Source of the DNA: Callorhinchus milii
Lineage: Eukaryota
Direction: 5' to 3'
Assembly (NCBI RefSeq): GCF_018977255.1
Contig: NW_024704743.1
Location: 56,980,001-57,044,000, forward strand
DNA length: 64,000 nt
Shown here: positions 51,108-64,000 of the stretch, piece by piece
Layout of the letters: each line of letters opens with the position of its first letter
Numbering within the stretch: the first letter of the stretch is position 1
The notes under the pieces: generated by a model
Database searches by the model: none
Seen by the model: the letters and a program-made list of their open reading frames with translations, nothing else
What the model was told of the DNA's origin: nothing
Made by a program: the position numbers and the translations under genes

Positions 51108-53550
51108 GCAAACTCAATGCGAATACTCTGAGAATACACTAAAATCTTTGTAGCTTTTAACAGATTTCAGTGTTACCCAAAAGTTTTCTTTAAATAATGT
51201 TGCAGTGAGCGAGATTTATTTTTAAGTTAACCAGTGGCATTATAGTATTGTAATTAATTCTTTGCTTACTCCTGCTAAATGTGGGGTATGGCTAGTAATG
51301 AGACACTACCTGTGACTGAGCTGATCAACAACCTCCACCAAATATGTCTTGCAGTACAGGCAGATTCACCTCTCTCAAACAGATACCGCCAGCATATTCT
51401 AAGTCTCAAAGGAACACATTTCTAATGCAAACTCCAGGGTATTCATTTAGTCAAGTTGTTCTATTGCATAAGTGTGTTACTGGGTAATCTTGAAGTTTTA
51501 GTACAATGAAAATGACAAATTTGATGTTTTATCTCAAGGTGCCTTTGAGTGTCTTTTGATTTGATATGAACAAAAAATCTCCAATGATACTTATTGTCAA
51601 ACTAAACTTTAGGTACCGACAGTACCACTGAGTACACTATAAACATTTCAGATATGATATGTGGATGGATCCTCTATGTCTACAAATGGGAACCTATGAA
51701 TGTACAAAAATATATAATGAATAATATAATGAATAGGTACAATGTGGCTGTTCTATATTTAAATGAAGCTAGGACAACAACAAATTACACTGGCTCCTCA
51801 GAAATAGTGGTTTGTTGGAAATAGAAAAAAATGTTGATGAACCCAAGGATTTCTGGGATTCTACAGGAACTCACACCTAAACATTCAATTACACTATAAC
51901 TGTTCCTGCTAAACATAATAGGGATATGAGTTAGACTATGCAGGATGCGCACAGGCTGCTGCAGTACATCAATTTCATTGCACAAGGCATTTTCTGGCTT
52001 TAAATTGGAAACCATGACCAGCTGGAAAAGTTTTCCACAGGTGTTCTTTACAAATGGGGCATTGATGTCATTTCGATGCTTACTGTACATTGTGCATTCC
52101 TCGCAATGGAATTAATAGTTTGTCAGCAGTAAAGTTGGCAAGATGTTGCATTGGAATTATTTTTAGAAACCTCGGATCAGACAATACAATTGGAGAAACC
52201 TGCAGCCTCTGTACCATTTTACCTCTTTTTACTATGAAATAAAATACTAATGTCTTTCCATTGTTTACTGTATGCTAAATAATGCTATAATAAGCTCAGT
52301 AGACTTTTTTTGGTGCAACATGAAATATTAAATACAGTAACTCCAAGGGAAAAGGGCTCAGTAACATGTTATGTGGAGCAGTGTTGGCAAAATTAGAAAT
52401 ACATAAATAAATGAGTCCGGGATATTGACAGCATGATGACTTAAATGATAGTGACAAGTTAAGCCAAAGTAGAGTTATCAGGTGCTTTACTGCAGGAAGT
52501 TCCTCTGATGTTTAAGTGGATAAAGACACCAGCAAGCAAACCAGGTTACAAGTTCAGTCTAAGTTTGAAGGCAGTAATGCAGTTGGTTTCAGTGCCCATG
52601 GAGTAGGGGGCTGAAAGGAAAAGATTGCAGTCTCATTCTTTATTCCTGCTGAAAATAATCAAGAATAGTTGTGAAGCAAGGATAGGATCAGCCTTGAATA
52701 TGGTGAGCCTGGCAACTAAATAGCCACTCGATTTTAACATGCACATAAATAATACTTAAGTGAGTTCTAGAGGGTTAGTACTAGAGTCACCAGTACTCAT
52801 AGAATGGCATTTCAGCAGAAACATTTGGGAGAGAGAAAAAAGGGGAAAAGGAGTTTCCTCCGATGTTCTGGCCAATAATCTCTGAGATAAAATTGATCAT
52901 TCACTGCATGGCTCTTTGTGGGATATTGCTCTGTGCAATTTGGCTGGCATGCTTACCTACAGAATACACAGTCAAACACACTTAACAGTAATTTATATGA
53001 AGCCGTTTGAGATGTTCTCCTGACATGAAAAGTGCTATATCAAATACAAGGATCAATTATTACATTATGGTATAGAAAGCAAAGACCAGAGGATGATTCA
53101 TGCTGCCGAGAAAGTCAACCATACAAAAATGTGTACAGTGGAAATAGACAAAGGCAAAAACAATGAAATTTTGTATTATAGTTTGCATTTTTGTACAATG
53201 CCTCATTCTTCAAATTGACAGTAATTCCTGTGAAGTCCTTTGAGACATCCTCCTGACACAATACTAGATTATGACAGCAGTAAGTCTGTAATCAGAATCC
53301 CTGTCTGATTTTCTCTTTCCCTAACTGGGATTGCTGTGGCAATTATAGCAACTGAGATGAGTTACTTACTCAAAACAGACCAGGTTGGGATCAGGAGTGG
53401 TGGAGGGCAGGGAGGGTGGGCGTAGGAGAGTGAACGAAGGCGCGGTCAAAGAGGAAGAGCCTGTGAGACAGGCCTTGAAGGAGGCAAGGGAGGGGGTGAG
53501 GCAAAGGGACTTTGGGATGCAGTATGTCACAGAATGTAGATGTATGGCTT

Positions 53551-54192
53551 GAACAACAACAACATTACAACTGTAAAGCGCCTTTCACGTCGGGAGGACA
53601 TCCCAAGCTGCTGTTCAGACAGAGTTCCGGACCCGAGCTGGGGGCTGGAGTGGGGGAGGTTGGAGGGCGGGGGGGGGGGGGGGGGGGGGGGGTGAGTAGG
53701 AAGATTGAAAGCACGGTCGAAGAGGAGGGTCTTGAGACGGGTTTTGAAAGTGGCGAGGGAGGGGGCGAGGTGGAGGGACTGCGGGATGGACTTCCAGTGG
53801 GGGCAGAGTGGCCGAATGCCCGCCCGCCAATAGTGGGGCGAGCAAGGCAGGGAACGTGAAACAGGCCAGAGCCCGCTGAGCGGAGGGAGTGAACAGGATG
53901 GTAGGGGATTAAGAGGTCGCAGAGGTAGGGGGGAGCAAGACTGTGGAGGGCTTTGAAGGTGAGGACCAGGATCTTGAACTGTATCCTCTGTCTGATGGGA
54001 AGCCAGTGGAGTTGGGTGAGGATGGGGATGATAGGGTTGTAGAGCCTAGTGCAGGAGAGGACACAGGCTGCAGAGTTCTGGATGATCTGCAGCCTGTGGA
54101 GGGAGGAGTTGGGGAGGCCGACAAGCAATGAGTTTGCATAGTCGAGCCTCGATGTAATTAAAGCATGTATGAGGGTTTCGGTGGCCTGTGGT
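53551..54192 (-). mobile_element. L2, 5'-truncated 3' end (with 24-G run)
   Basis: ORF 53565-54128: LVGLPNSSLHRLQIIQNSAA…LHWLPIRQRIQFKIL…RPTIGGRAF; tail at 53551. Confidence 0.95.
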
Positions 54193-54233
54193 ATATATGA
54201 CTCAGCTGCTCACTGTAGAAAGTCGCCAAGCTA

Positions 54234-54379
54234 CAACAACAAGATTCCATTTATTGAGCGCCTTTCACATCGGGAGGACGTCCCAAGGCGCTGTACAGTT
54301 GGGTCAGGACCCGAGCAGGGGGGAAATGGTGAGGGGAGGAAAGGGAGTGAGCGAGGAGGGGGTAGAGAGTCGAGAGGGG
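54234..54379 (-). mobile_element. Young L2 3'UTR-only insertion with TSD
   Basis: Matches 19178-19333; aagcta at 54228-54233 and 54380-54385. Confidence 0.9.
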
Positions 54380-56809
54380 AAGCTATGGTGGGAACTGTTC
54401 TTTACTCATCACCCTCCACACGCTGCTGGCGATTGGAAACGTAGCAGGACCACAACTGCAGAGCTGATCAAAAATAATGAGCTGAAAATTGCAACTTATA
54501 TATTTAAACAAGTAATAATTATTACATTGCTGTTAAATATATCAATGAGGCCAGTTGAAAACTAAAGACTAGCTGCAAAAATGTACAATTGAGAAATGTA
54601 GAGCGTTCTTACACAGAAAGGAAAAAAGTACATAGCTGACCCTGTTGAACAGGGTCACATTTATTCAGGAAACAGGAAAGCAGGAATTACATGTCCCAAA
54701 TGTGCTGGCATAACATCTTAAAAGGGACACTCATAATTAGTTTTCCCCTCATCTGAGGTTGAAAAGTCCCTCCGCAAGGTGTGTGAAAAGATTAGTTATT
54801 GCAATGCCAAAAGGATTAATGGAAAACAGGATACCATACTAAATACAACATTTAAGTTTCTTTCAAAAAAGAATAGTTTCCTCAAAGATAAACATTTTCG
54901 CAGCAAACTACATTGCTGATTGTATAAGGGAAATGCATGTAATGTTCCTCGGAGCTTGGTCAGCACACCATTCTGACCTGCTGTATAACTGGAGATTTGT
55001 ATTGAAATGAGAGATTAATGACATACATATTTGCTGAATCCCCTAATACCATGATTTGGCCCACTAAAAAAAAATCACATTTTACTTTTTTTAAAAAGCT
55101 GAAAATGTAGCCCACTTGTTTTAAACCAAATACACAGCGACACTTGCAGTCCCATTCCAACTCGTAGAATCCAGATTGGTGCCAGCAGCTCTCCATACAG
55201 TGTGTTCTTGGACCTTGGCTTTGCCAGTTATGAAGAGTTGGAAAGAAATTAGACATATTTTCACAAGCAGGAGAGCCAGTAAAAAGGGGGAGGCAAAGGA
55301 ATTACCTTAGGCAATTGGAGATGAGGAGAGGAGGAATCTCAGAACAGGCAGTGTATAAAAAAAACATAATTTGTATTAAATCAAACGGATTTATTTTAAA
55401 ATCAACTTGTGCTGATAGAATGAGTTTCTAAGGGCCAGAACATCCCAGTGTTGTGGATGCATTGTCTTATCTTGATACCTGTCAAATAGGATTCATCTTA
55501 CATACTGCAAAATGCAAAGGTATGACTCTCATTTTAAAATGGGAAATACATCAACTCTGATTAAATCTGAACATTTGGATTAATCAGCACAATGTTTACC
55601 AATACAAACATTGCAGATTGAAGTACCCACTCTGTCTTTGGCAACGGAAAGCAGTGATATTCAATCCACATTTTCATTGCTTATCTAATCCTATTCGATG
55701 ATAGAATCTAATTCAATACAAAATGCTAAACAATGCAAGACACTCAGAAATCTCACACACGTTCAAGATTTTACACATCAGCAGTGATTTACTAATCAAA
55801 TATAAACACCACTGCTAGTGAGGCGATTGAGTTTACACGGATTATCTGCCCTATTTACTGCTCTTATTTTTGGAACGTATTCAGTTCTGTTTGAGGACTC
55901 AGCACCATACTGAGCCACCCTGAGGCTCGGCATGGCCCAGCCCATCACTTTGCATTATTGTCTGCAGTCAGCAACATCCTGTATAGACTGCTTCATTATC
56001 ACCCTTTAAAAGCGATGCTTCACTCTTTGTAAGCTCTGTGTAATGCACAATATTTCATTATCTGCCTCCTCGATTTCCCCAACGAGGCTTGTACAGTATA
56101 GTTATCAATTGTCAGCCATCAGCTTCAATCCTTCATCATAGCAGGACCCAAAACCCACGAAGGAAAAACAGCAGGCAGTTTCAGCATGCACATGCAGAGA
56201 TCCCTTCTTATGAAGCAGGATTATTTACTCTCCAAATACCTATTCCAATCTGCTTTCTGACAGTATTAGCAATACATGATGCGAGCAGGCTTTGAAAATG
56301 AAGGGCATGTTTTCTCATGAAATATACGAGTTAGTATGATCCAAACAGCTTTTGCAAGACCATTTTCTAGGTTAATCATTCATTTGGAACTAGCGCAGAA
56401 TACCAGTGAAGTCACATCTGTTCAGTTTAAGGAAGATCTTCCTAACAGAATGATTTGCTAAGTCTCTACCAGGTTTGTAAGCAAAATAAATAATTTGTAT
56501 TTTTATAGCACCTTACACACTGAATTAGTTTACAGCAATTACAGTCAAGTATACAGACTTGTTTTGTAAACAAGCACAGCAGTACATAGCAAGGTTATAC
56601 AAACAAGCCATGAGATGGCTGACCAATTTATCTGGAAGATTGTTGCCCGGGACAAGGAGGGAAACTTACTGGTCTTTTCAAATAGTGTCACGGGATCGTA
56701 ATCAGGAACCTGAAGCTGTGCACATAGAATATCTATTTAACTTGCCTCTATTTTAAGATGTCACTACTAACAATGCAGCGTTCCCCAGTTTCCTGGAATG
56801 TCAGCCTAA

Positions 56810-56940
56810 CCCAATTGGCTGCCGTGTTTCGCCCAGAAAACATACAGTGAATTCACTTTACAGTATATTTTATGAAGGGCTTTTAGGTGTCTTGAAGACG
56901 TGATAAGGCGCTATATCAAATGGAAGGATTATTATTATTA
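56810..56940 (+). mobile_element. SINE 3' part, adjacent to an older minus-strand DeuSINE (~56485-56810)
   Basis: caattggctgccgtgtttcgccc…gtcttgaagacgtgataaggcgctatatcaaatggaaggattattattatta. Confidence 0.85.
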
Positions 56941-58269
56941 AGCTGTCATTTGGAGTTCTGGAGTCAATTGCTTCACATCTTACCAATATGAGACATAACT
57001 CCAAGCCCCACAACGCTTAGCTTTGACAGGTTGAAGACTCACGGTTTTGAAGGACAAAACCTTCTGTAAAATCCCCAGCCACAAAGTAAATGCATATAGA
57101 AACATTCCCTTCCTGATCAAAAAGATGAACGATTGTTGAAGGTACACTCTAACTGCAAATCTTACAACAGATTCAGATCCAGTTTTCACACACTTTCTAA
57201 TGTACAGCAACATCCAAGACTGACTGATTTGTCTCTCCCTTATCCCTGGATTCTGAACCCAATTTTCAACCTTTTACTGCTATCCCAGTAGTCAGTTACC
57301 TCAACCGAGATCAAAATTGAAACCTGGAACCTTTCTGTTTCTGTACTGACGAGTTTCAAGCGAGGCAGTTGCTGTTGCAATTGAGGCATTGTAGAAGCTG
57401 AAAGCATGTTTGCTTAAAAATAAAGTTGAAATATGCTTGTGAAATAAAAATATATTGTGATATTGTATATATTTTACTGTAGTTATAAACACAATGCAGG
57501 CACAAAATACTTTTTGATCCTGCATCTCAACCCTGGACCAAATACATTAAAAAGAAAAGCTTTCACTTTAAAGTGAGAACGGAGAATACACTGCATATGG
57601 TTTATATAGAGGTTTATCTGATACAATTCATCTAAAAATCAACAATAAATTTGTTGTGAATTGCAGGCACATTGAAACCAAGACACCCAGCTGAGAAAGT
57701 GGGTGATTATGCCATAATATTTTTTTGCATGATTTAAGAATTTTTTAAATTTGGTAATTTGCCCATCAGAATAATAGGTATTCCTTAGCATTAATCATAC
57801 CATTCGGATTTACAACAATAGCAATATCTTAGACAGGTTAAAGGAACAGATAATTTTGCTTGATTTATATTCGTCAAAAAAATCTTTCATAACTGCATTC
57901 TGCCGGCAAAGAAATTTTAAGAAAAAAGGTTTGACGAATACAGCCAAGAGTTACTTAGAGGCATGTAAAGCTTGGAACTCACAAAAATTACAGCAACAAT
58001 AGACCTTCAGAAATCTAATAAATGAACTAATTAAAATCCATTTGTGTAACTTCTGATATGAATAATACTTACGTGATGGCAGTAATACTTACGTATAAAT
58101 GAACAGGCACCACAACTCAATATTTCTAAAAAAAATCCATTAAAAGTGAAACAATCAGGTGATTAAAATTGTGTAAACTTTTTCCTTTTTTAAAAACGTA
58201 TTTTGAATGTTTAAACTTCTTTTTCAAACCCTGAAATTCAATTTATTTACATATTACATAACAGAATCA

Positions 58270-58920
58270 ATTGGTCCCTCATTCTTGCCTTCATCAAGTC
58301 CATCTCGACTATTCAAATGTCTTCAGCTTCAATCTACTCAAGCTGCGAACCACCCAGAACTCTGCAGCTCATGCCCTATCCCAAACCAGGCTCCATGACC
58401 TCAGTCACTCCCATCCTCACTTACTTGGCTCCACTAGTTCCCCATTGCCCAGCTGATCAAATTCAAGAAGCTTGCCCTCAGGTTCAAATACTTGGCCTGG
58501 CCCCATCCTAACTGAGCAACTTCCTGCAACTCTACAACTCCAGCCACTCCCTCCCCTCAAAGAAAACCAGACTGCTTTATGTCCCTTTCACAAGCTTTCA
58601 GTCATTCTCCCTTGCCCTCCCTCTCCTGTCAAATACCCCCTTCCTCCCTCATCATATTCAAAGTCCCCCCACCCTCGCCACCCACCTTCAAAACCTCCCT
58701 CTCGCATCACCTTCGAAGCACTCCTCTCCCCACACCTTCAAAGTCTCCCTCCCTTCCCACTTTGAAAGCCTTCCTTGAAACCTTTCTTTTTGAGCACGCG
58801 TTTGGTCACCTTCCCCTCTCCTGTCCAACATCTTCAGCTCTCACCACCCCAGCTCGGGCTCCCAGTCATCTTTGCAATGCAATGTGAAAAGGGCTAAATA
58901 ATCGTAAACTTGTTATAATT
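58270..58920 (+). mobile_element. Degraded L2 3' end
   Basis: ctcattcttgccttcatcaagtccatctcgactattc (LILAFIKSxLDY), cagaactctgcagctc (QNSAA), 3'UTR cagctcggg. Confidence 0.8.
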
Positions 58921-59371
58921 TAAGACATACCGTAGAATGATAAAGTGAAACATTATATTGAGCGATATGGAGATAGAGATGAAAGGGATTAAAAGATCTG
59001 CAGTGACCTCATCAAATAGAGGCTCTATAGATGTATTGCTGCTCCCATTAAGTCGAAAACTAGTTTGAAATGTTACATCAATGTGTGGTTATGACTTGAT
59101 TTTTTCAGTCATGAAAGAATGCTTGCATCTTTTATTGAATAACAACCCATCTTGGCAAGTATTACGTGAATGGGAGTATTTTCCAACCAATTCAGCACAA
59201 TCAACATTTAATCAATACAAGGCAGATACATTTCATTTTCAGCTGTAAATTGAATGTTAATTTATCAACTTCAGGAAATATCAATCCTGAAAAATGGGGA
59301 AAGTGGTAGAAAAAAATAAGCATCTAATATCAAACATGGCAATATACCGTAATAACTGACTACTATACTTT

Positions 59372-59750
59372 AACAACTTCCATTTATATTTTATGCTTCG
59401 CGTGTTAGTGCTTAACAGTAGCAGAGCTCAACGTCAAGCTGGGGAAGCAACAATAGGCATGGTCAAAGGGGAAAGTCTTCAGGTGTAAGGAGGGTACAAG
59501 GCGGAGGGGTTGAGGCAGAGCTCCAGTTTCAGGGACCAGTGGCTGAAAGCACCGCTATTGATTGTGGGAGGGTCAGAAGGACATGTAGAAGACTGGAGTA
59601 GGAGCAGATAGTGGAAAGGGGTGTAAGCAGGTCAGAGAAGTGCATGGTGCAAGCGCATGGATTGATTTGTAAGCCATTGTGAGAATCTTAGTTTATCCAT
59701 TCTGCAATAGGGAGCCAGTGGAACATGGCAAGGACTGGGCTGAGTTTGGT
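59372..59750 (-). mobile_element. Highly degraded L2 3' end
   Basis: aacaacttccatttatat tail; gggagccagtggaacatggcaaggactggg (PVLAMFHWLP on minus). Confidence 0.7.
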
Positions 59751-61129
59751 ACCAGTGAGAACCTTATCTTCAATGTCAGACAACATATTGATTTCTCAGG
59801 GAGTGGATTTGAATATATTGTACCCTAAAACTGTTTCAAATATTTTCCTGGAAAAAAAGTTTTAAAAAGAGCATATTATTTGCACACAGGACACTTTTAA
59901 CTGCCTGAATTTTAGCTAAAGCTTCAACAAAAGTGAAGCATTTGAGATTCAAAGTATATTTATTTCAGAAGGGTCATTATTGCACCAAAGTTATAGTTAA
60001 TTTCTTCCAGCAGCTAAACATATAGTTGGATGCAAATACATCAAACTGTATCATCAAATGTGCATAATAAGCATGTACTAGATATAATTTTAGCTGTGCC
60101 AGACTTCCAAGCATATGACATCAGGCACAAGTTCCCAGTCAGTGTTATTAGTCTATTTTGCTGGAGACGGTGCTATTTCTGTGCAATCATTAATTTTAGA
60201 CCAGACTGCCATACTATAGCACTTAACATAGGACAACCATACTATAGATTCAAGAAACTCTGGTTGGACCACCCACATGTAACACATTTAAAAGATTCAT
60301 GTGAAGATGTGATCATTTAAGCTATAATTACAGCAAATGTTTACTGTCAGGTAAGAGCAGCAACTTTATCAAGCGGTATACAGCAAACATTGGGCAGCGG
60401 CAAACCAGATTCAATATGATGATGTAAAAACTCCAGATGGCATTTGTTGAAAATCTATCACCTAAACTCATTACTACCAGCTCATTGATTCAAGTTTTTT
60501 TTCATAATGTGTTGTCTCTCACCATCTTTGTTGGATACAATGGGAATTTGCATCTCATCAAATAGAAATAGATCCAGGCAGTCAGTTGGGAAATAAGACA
60601 TTTGACTGGTGTCCACAGGCTTATATTACAATGCAACACTGTACCAAAAAAGTCTACAGAAACTCACTGAATTCAGTCCACAAGTCAGAGCATTTAATTT
60701 ATACTCACCATAAACTCAATATAGCTTTCAGTAATACAGTAGAAACTGTCAATGCACAGTGCAAGATATGTTTATCTCCATCTTTTAATTGTGCTTCTCC
60801 ATTACTATTCTACTGATGAGAATCACATGTAATAGCACTGGCAGAGATTTAGTCAAGAGATACGCATAATCTAGTTTCTCCTTCATATTATGTGGGGTTT
60901 GCATTATTCTATAGTCTATTAATTGATAGTTCTACTATCTGATGAGATGCATTTTACAAGTGAGAAGGCGAGTTTTTACTTTTACCCATTTGCAGCTTGT
61001 GATATAAAACGTTGCAAATTCCAACAGATTAAAATGCACAGAAGTTTAGAAGCTGCTGCCAAAACAAACTGGACTCTTCATCCTTTGCAATTGTTGCCAA
61101 AGCATTTACTGGAAATGGATTAAAAACAG

Positions 61130-63859
61130 ACACAATTTATGCAGAGTTGTGTTTATTAAGGTTCAACAAATCCCTAACATATAAATATAAAGATTCTCAA
61201 AACAGTGACAATGATGCCACTAGTGCAGGTGGTAAACACGAAGCTGACCAATATAGTTCCATTAGAAGTCATTGGATTTTCTTCAAAACCAATCCATTAA
61301 AAAAAGTTTACACAATGCTGTTGGGATTTTCAAAGATTAACACTAAAGTGCATTTCTTCAGATCACTGTACAATTCAAATATTTGAGCAGATATTTACAA
61401 AGAATGAAAATTGTACAGCAACAAATATTGACACCCAGTCTTAGCACTTAAAAGAAGAGCTCTTGTTGCCCCACAAGGTCTTTGGAGCTAGAAATTCGAC
61501 ATATTATAATAGAATGTTTTTCTGTTAAAGATAAGACTTCAAAGGGCAAGTCGATTGGTCTGCATTTTCATGTTTGGAGGATGATCAGGGTTCAATCGGG
61601 ACTGCCTTTTTGAATTGCCAACTACGATAGAAGTGAACAGTTCTATTTAACTTGTAACTTGAACAAGATCCTGTAAAGTTCTGCTTAACTCGCTTCTGAG
61701 CTCTGAAAGGCAGAATTACTGTTTTAGAGTACTGTCCAGGTTTCTACTTGTGTGTAAATGAACATGTTTTATTTAGTCTTCCTCAGTAGTATTTAGATGA
61801 ACTTAATCGCCCCTCCCACCCAACCCAGGTTTTCAAATCTGTGAGGGTGTTGGTGCAGGAAAGGAGGGTGAAGCAGGAAGTATGGAACACAAAGGCTCCA
61901 TGACATCATAGCTTTGCTCATGTTGCACCTTAGAAAATAGTTTACAGTATTATGCACGGATGTCTAGGAAAGTGTATCTGATTAGACCATGTAATATTAT
62001 TCTTTGCCTTTAAGGTGGAGATGGCATGGAAGGAAACAGAAACCCATCCCACATCCTCACTAAAAAGTATCCACAATGGTCATGTGTCCCCTTCCTTAGG
62101 GTCAATTACATATTGGCAGAAAATAACTCAATCTACAGAAGTCATATCTTTTGACTGTTTTAAACTAATGACCACTTTCCCCCTATGCCTTTCTTTTAGT
62201 TACAATGTAAAGAGCACCATCAACATTCGAAAATCAGGCGATTGTTGGCATAGTGTTAAATCATATCTTTACAAACACACTGTATACCTTTCCAACTTAT
62301 TCATACACAGAATGACAATTAAACCACAAATTTCAGTTAAAAAAACTTGCACTGGATACTGCAGTTATAAAATTATTCTTTGTACTGGTCTTTGTAGTCT
62401 TACATGTCATTTTTGCAAGATCATTCAAACAAAGCAGCCAAGTTTAATATAAATCTGAGATTGTTTTATGGAGTTTTGAAGGTTTTACAAATTTGTGCAC
62501 ACATCTCTGCATTATACTAAATCATATCAATACAATCTGTTTGGTTCTTAGTGGACTCTATGTAGTGGTACCATCCTATACCGTGCCACAACGGGGCAAG
62601 CCTGATTTTCAGCTGGAATAAGTATGTCAATACATTGCCCCCAACTCCTCGTTACAGACACCACCCATCACTCGGGCTACTTCTATCTTACATAAAGACT
62701 ATCAGATCTACTGACTTTCACAATGTTCTAGCTTTTTTAAATGATAGGATATATTTTTTCCACATGGAGCTATAAAAAGATTGCAGCCACTGCCTCTTCT
62801 GCTACAATTTTTGTCAAAAGTTGCCATAACAAGAATGAATGCTGGATGATGTGGATTTTAGTTGGCAACAATTAAATCTAATATGTGTGGACAAAGAAGG
62901 CATTATCTAGTTGTTTTGCCAATATTACCTTACAGTGTATAGTCTGTACTAAAGCCCATTTTGCTCATGTCAACTAGTTACTTAACACTGTTTGAAAATG
63001 AGGGTTCACAGCTAATTAATGAGATCAGTAAAAAGGACAGACTAGAACATGTGATTCTACACTCCTCTATCTACAAATAAAAATTGTCTGCAATATGTAA
63101 GTTTCAAGGTCAGTTTAACACGGCGGTTCCATGTTTGCCCTCAATCAGAGATCACCAGTCATGACACTGCACGTTGTCCACTGAGGTAATAGATTCAATG
63201 CAGGCCAACAACCATGATATTAAATGGAGTACTAATTGCCTGTCTCCTTATTTAATATCAGCTGTATCCCTGTAGCCTTCATTAACTTATCAGTAAAGGA
63301 CACAAAAACAAGAGCAATTTCCATATTACGCCATTACAGAAAAGTATATAATCTCTTCAAACTATACAATCTATAGCAGCCATTTCTTCCAACTACAGTA
63401 CTATTGGGAAATATGCCTTGTATTGCAATGGTTCTCATGCATATTTTGGTGCCCAACTGACCTAAAAATAACAAATGTTTTACTGTAACAGGTTTTTGAG
63501 GCCTTAAAAAAGGGACACATATGGCTTACATAATACACACTTAAAATAACAGAACATTGTAAGAAGGCTAAAGGGTATGAAACAAAATACTAAATCAGTT
63601 GAACTTTAAATATAGTTTGGTGAGTCAAACTATAAAAAAGATGTCACCAGTTTTATGCTGGTATAACTTTTCTTCATAAATCATATCCACCTCCTCCACC
63701 AACCCATCCACTTTGATCTCAAAAGCACATTGTGCCTTACGTCTCACTAGTTGTACATTTTTTTTAAAACGCAAATCTTTTTGTCAAAAGTATTACAGAC
63801 CAGAGTAGAAATAGCTTGGCTCTTAAAAATACTAAGAATTGTCAGCTGCCTTTGGAAAC
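61130..63859 (-). other. ARL4A: Probable ARL4A 3'UTR
   Basis: Directly follows the stop codon, AT-rich, no recognisable SINE/LINE fragment in ~2.7 kb although the rest of the window is dense with them; ends at a canonical poly(A) signal. The 3' end is inferred. Confidence 0.65.
61152..61157 (-). terminator. Candidate polyadenylation signal (AATAAA)
   Basis: Minus strand reads ccttAATAAAcacaactctgcataaattgtgtctgttttt: hexamer, a CA ~10 nt downstream, then a GU/U-rich element. Alternatives: AATAAA 61768-61773, ATTAAA 62443-62448 and 63251-63256. Confidence 0.6.
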
Positions 63860-64000
63860 TCATCTCTTCTTTTTCTGCTGCTTCAACATCTTCCTCCTCT
63901 TTATGATCATTTCATACAGTTTTTCCAGTCCCTCTCTAAGCCCATCACCTATGATGGCACACGTAGGTTGGAGATGCCATGGGGTGGAGGAACCCAATTC
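63860..64000 (-). CDS. ARL4A: ADP-ribosylation factor-like GTPase 4A, C-terminal 46 aa + stop (gene continues beyond window)
   Basis: Manual translation from 64000 leftwards: ELGSSTPWHLQPTCAIIGDGLREGLEKLYEMIIKRRKMLKQQKKKR*. This matches the recalled vertebrate ARL4A C-terminus (…STPWHLQPTCAIIGDGLKEGLEKLHDMIIKRRKMLRQQKKKR), including the basic tail. 141 nt = 47 codons, TGA at 63860-63862. Absent from the ORF track because it lacks a start within the window. Confidence 0.95.
   Translation of the reverse strand, partial: ELGSSTPWHLQPTCAIIGDGLREGLEKLYEMIIKRRKMLKQQKKKR

Noticed and set aside
51785..52090. 101-aa minus-strand ORF
   Set aside because: No recognisable domain or exon boundaries.
53669..53692. 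24-nt G homopolymer as a functional G-quadruplex
   Set aside because: An expansion within the C-rich L2 3'UTR of one copy; homopolymer length is also prone to sequencing error.
57346..57372. Second hammerhead-like string CTGACGA-gtttcaagc-GAGGCAG
   Set aside because: The GAAA box reads GAGG, the stems are weak, and there is no Penelope-like context.
62015..62452. 145-aa plus-strand ORF
   Set aside because: Antisense to the probable ARL4A 3'UTR, non-ATG start in the track, no recognisable protein features.
1..64000. Prokaryote-type systems (operons, CRISPR arrays, defence islands, rRNA)
   Set aside because: Vertebrate intergenic DNA. The recurring tail motif is dispersed, in both orientations and irregularly spaced, i.e. 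retroposon ends rather than a repeat-spacer array.

Overview
This is vertebrate, not microbial, DNA. The repeat complement (L2, CR1, Tx1, Penelope-like element, Deu-domain SINEs) points to a cartilaginous fish, possibly a chimaera; this is inference from remembered family signatures, and no database was used. The only host gene I can recognise is the last 46 codons plus stop of ARL4A on the minus strand at the right edge (63860-64000), followed by an apparently repeat-free ~2.7 kb candidate 3'UTR. The other ~60 kb is intergenic. By established vertebrate synteny it would be the desert between ARL4A and ETV1, which cannot be confirmed from this window. It contains many 5'-truncated L2 LINEs, one ~2.9 kb L2 retaining endonuclease and RT motifs, a young tRNA-Ala/CORE/Deu/L2-tail SINE in two structural forms, older SacSINE1-like DeuSINEs and a third ancient SINE-like family. 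Observations not explained by routine annotation: (1) a decayed ~1.8 kb inverted repeat centred near 6325; (2) a minimal hammerhead-ribozyme core in a Penelope-like fragment at 26957-26985; (3) the modular SINE sharing a covarying 3' stem-loop with the local L2; (4) a recent ~95 bp inverted duplication at 21879/22384; (5) a tight DR4+DR3 nuclear-receptor motif cluster at ~29800. I found no evidence for a novel multi-gene system. Boundaries of degraded repeats are approximate (tens of bp).
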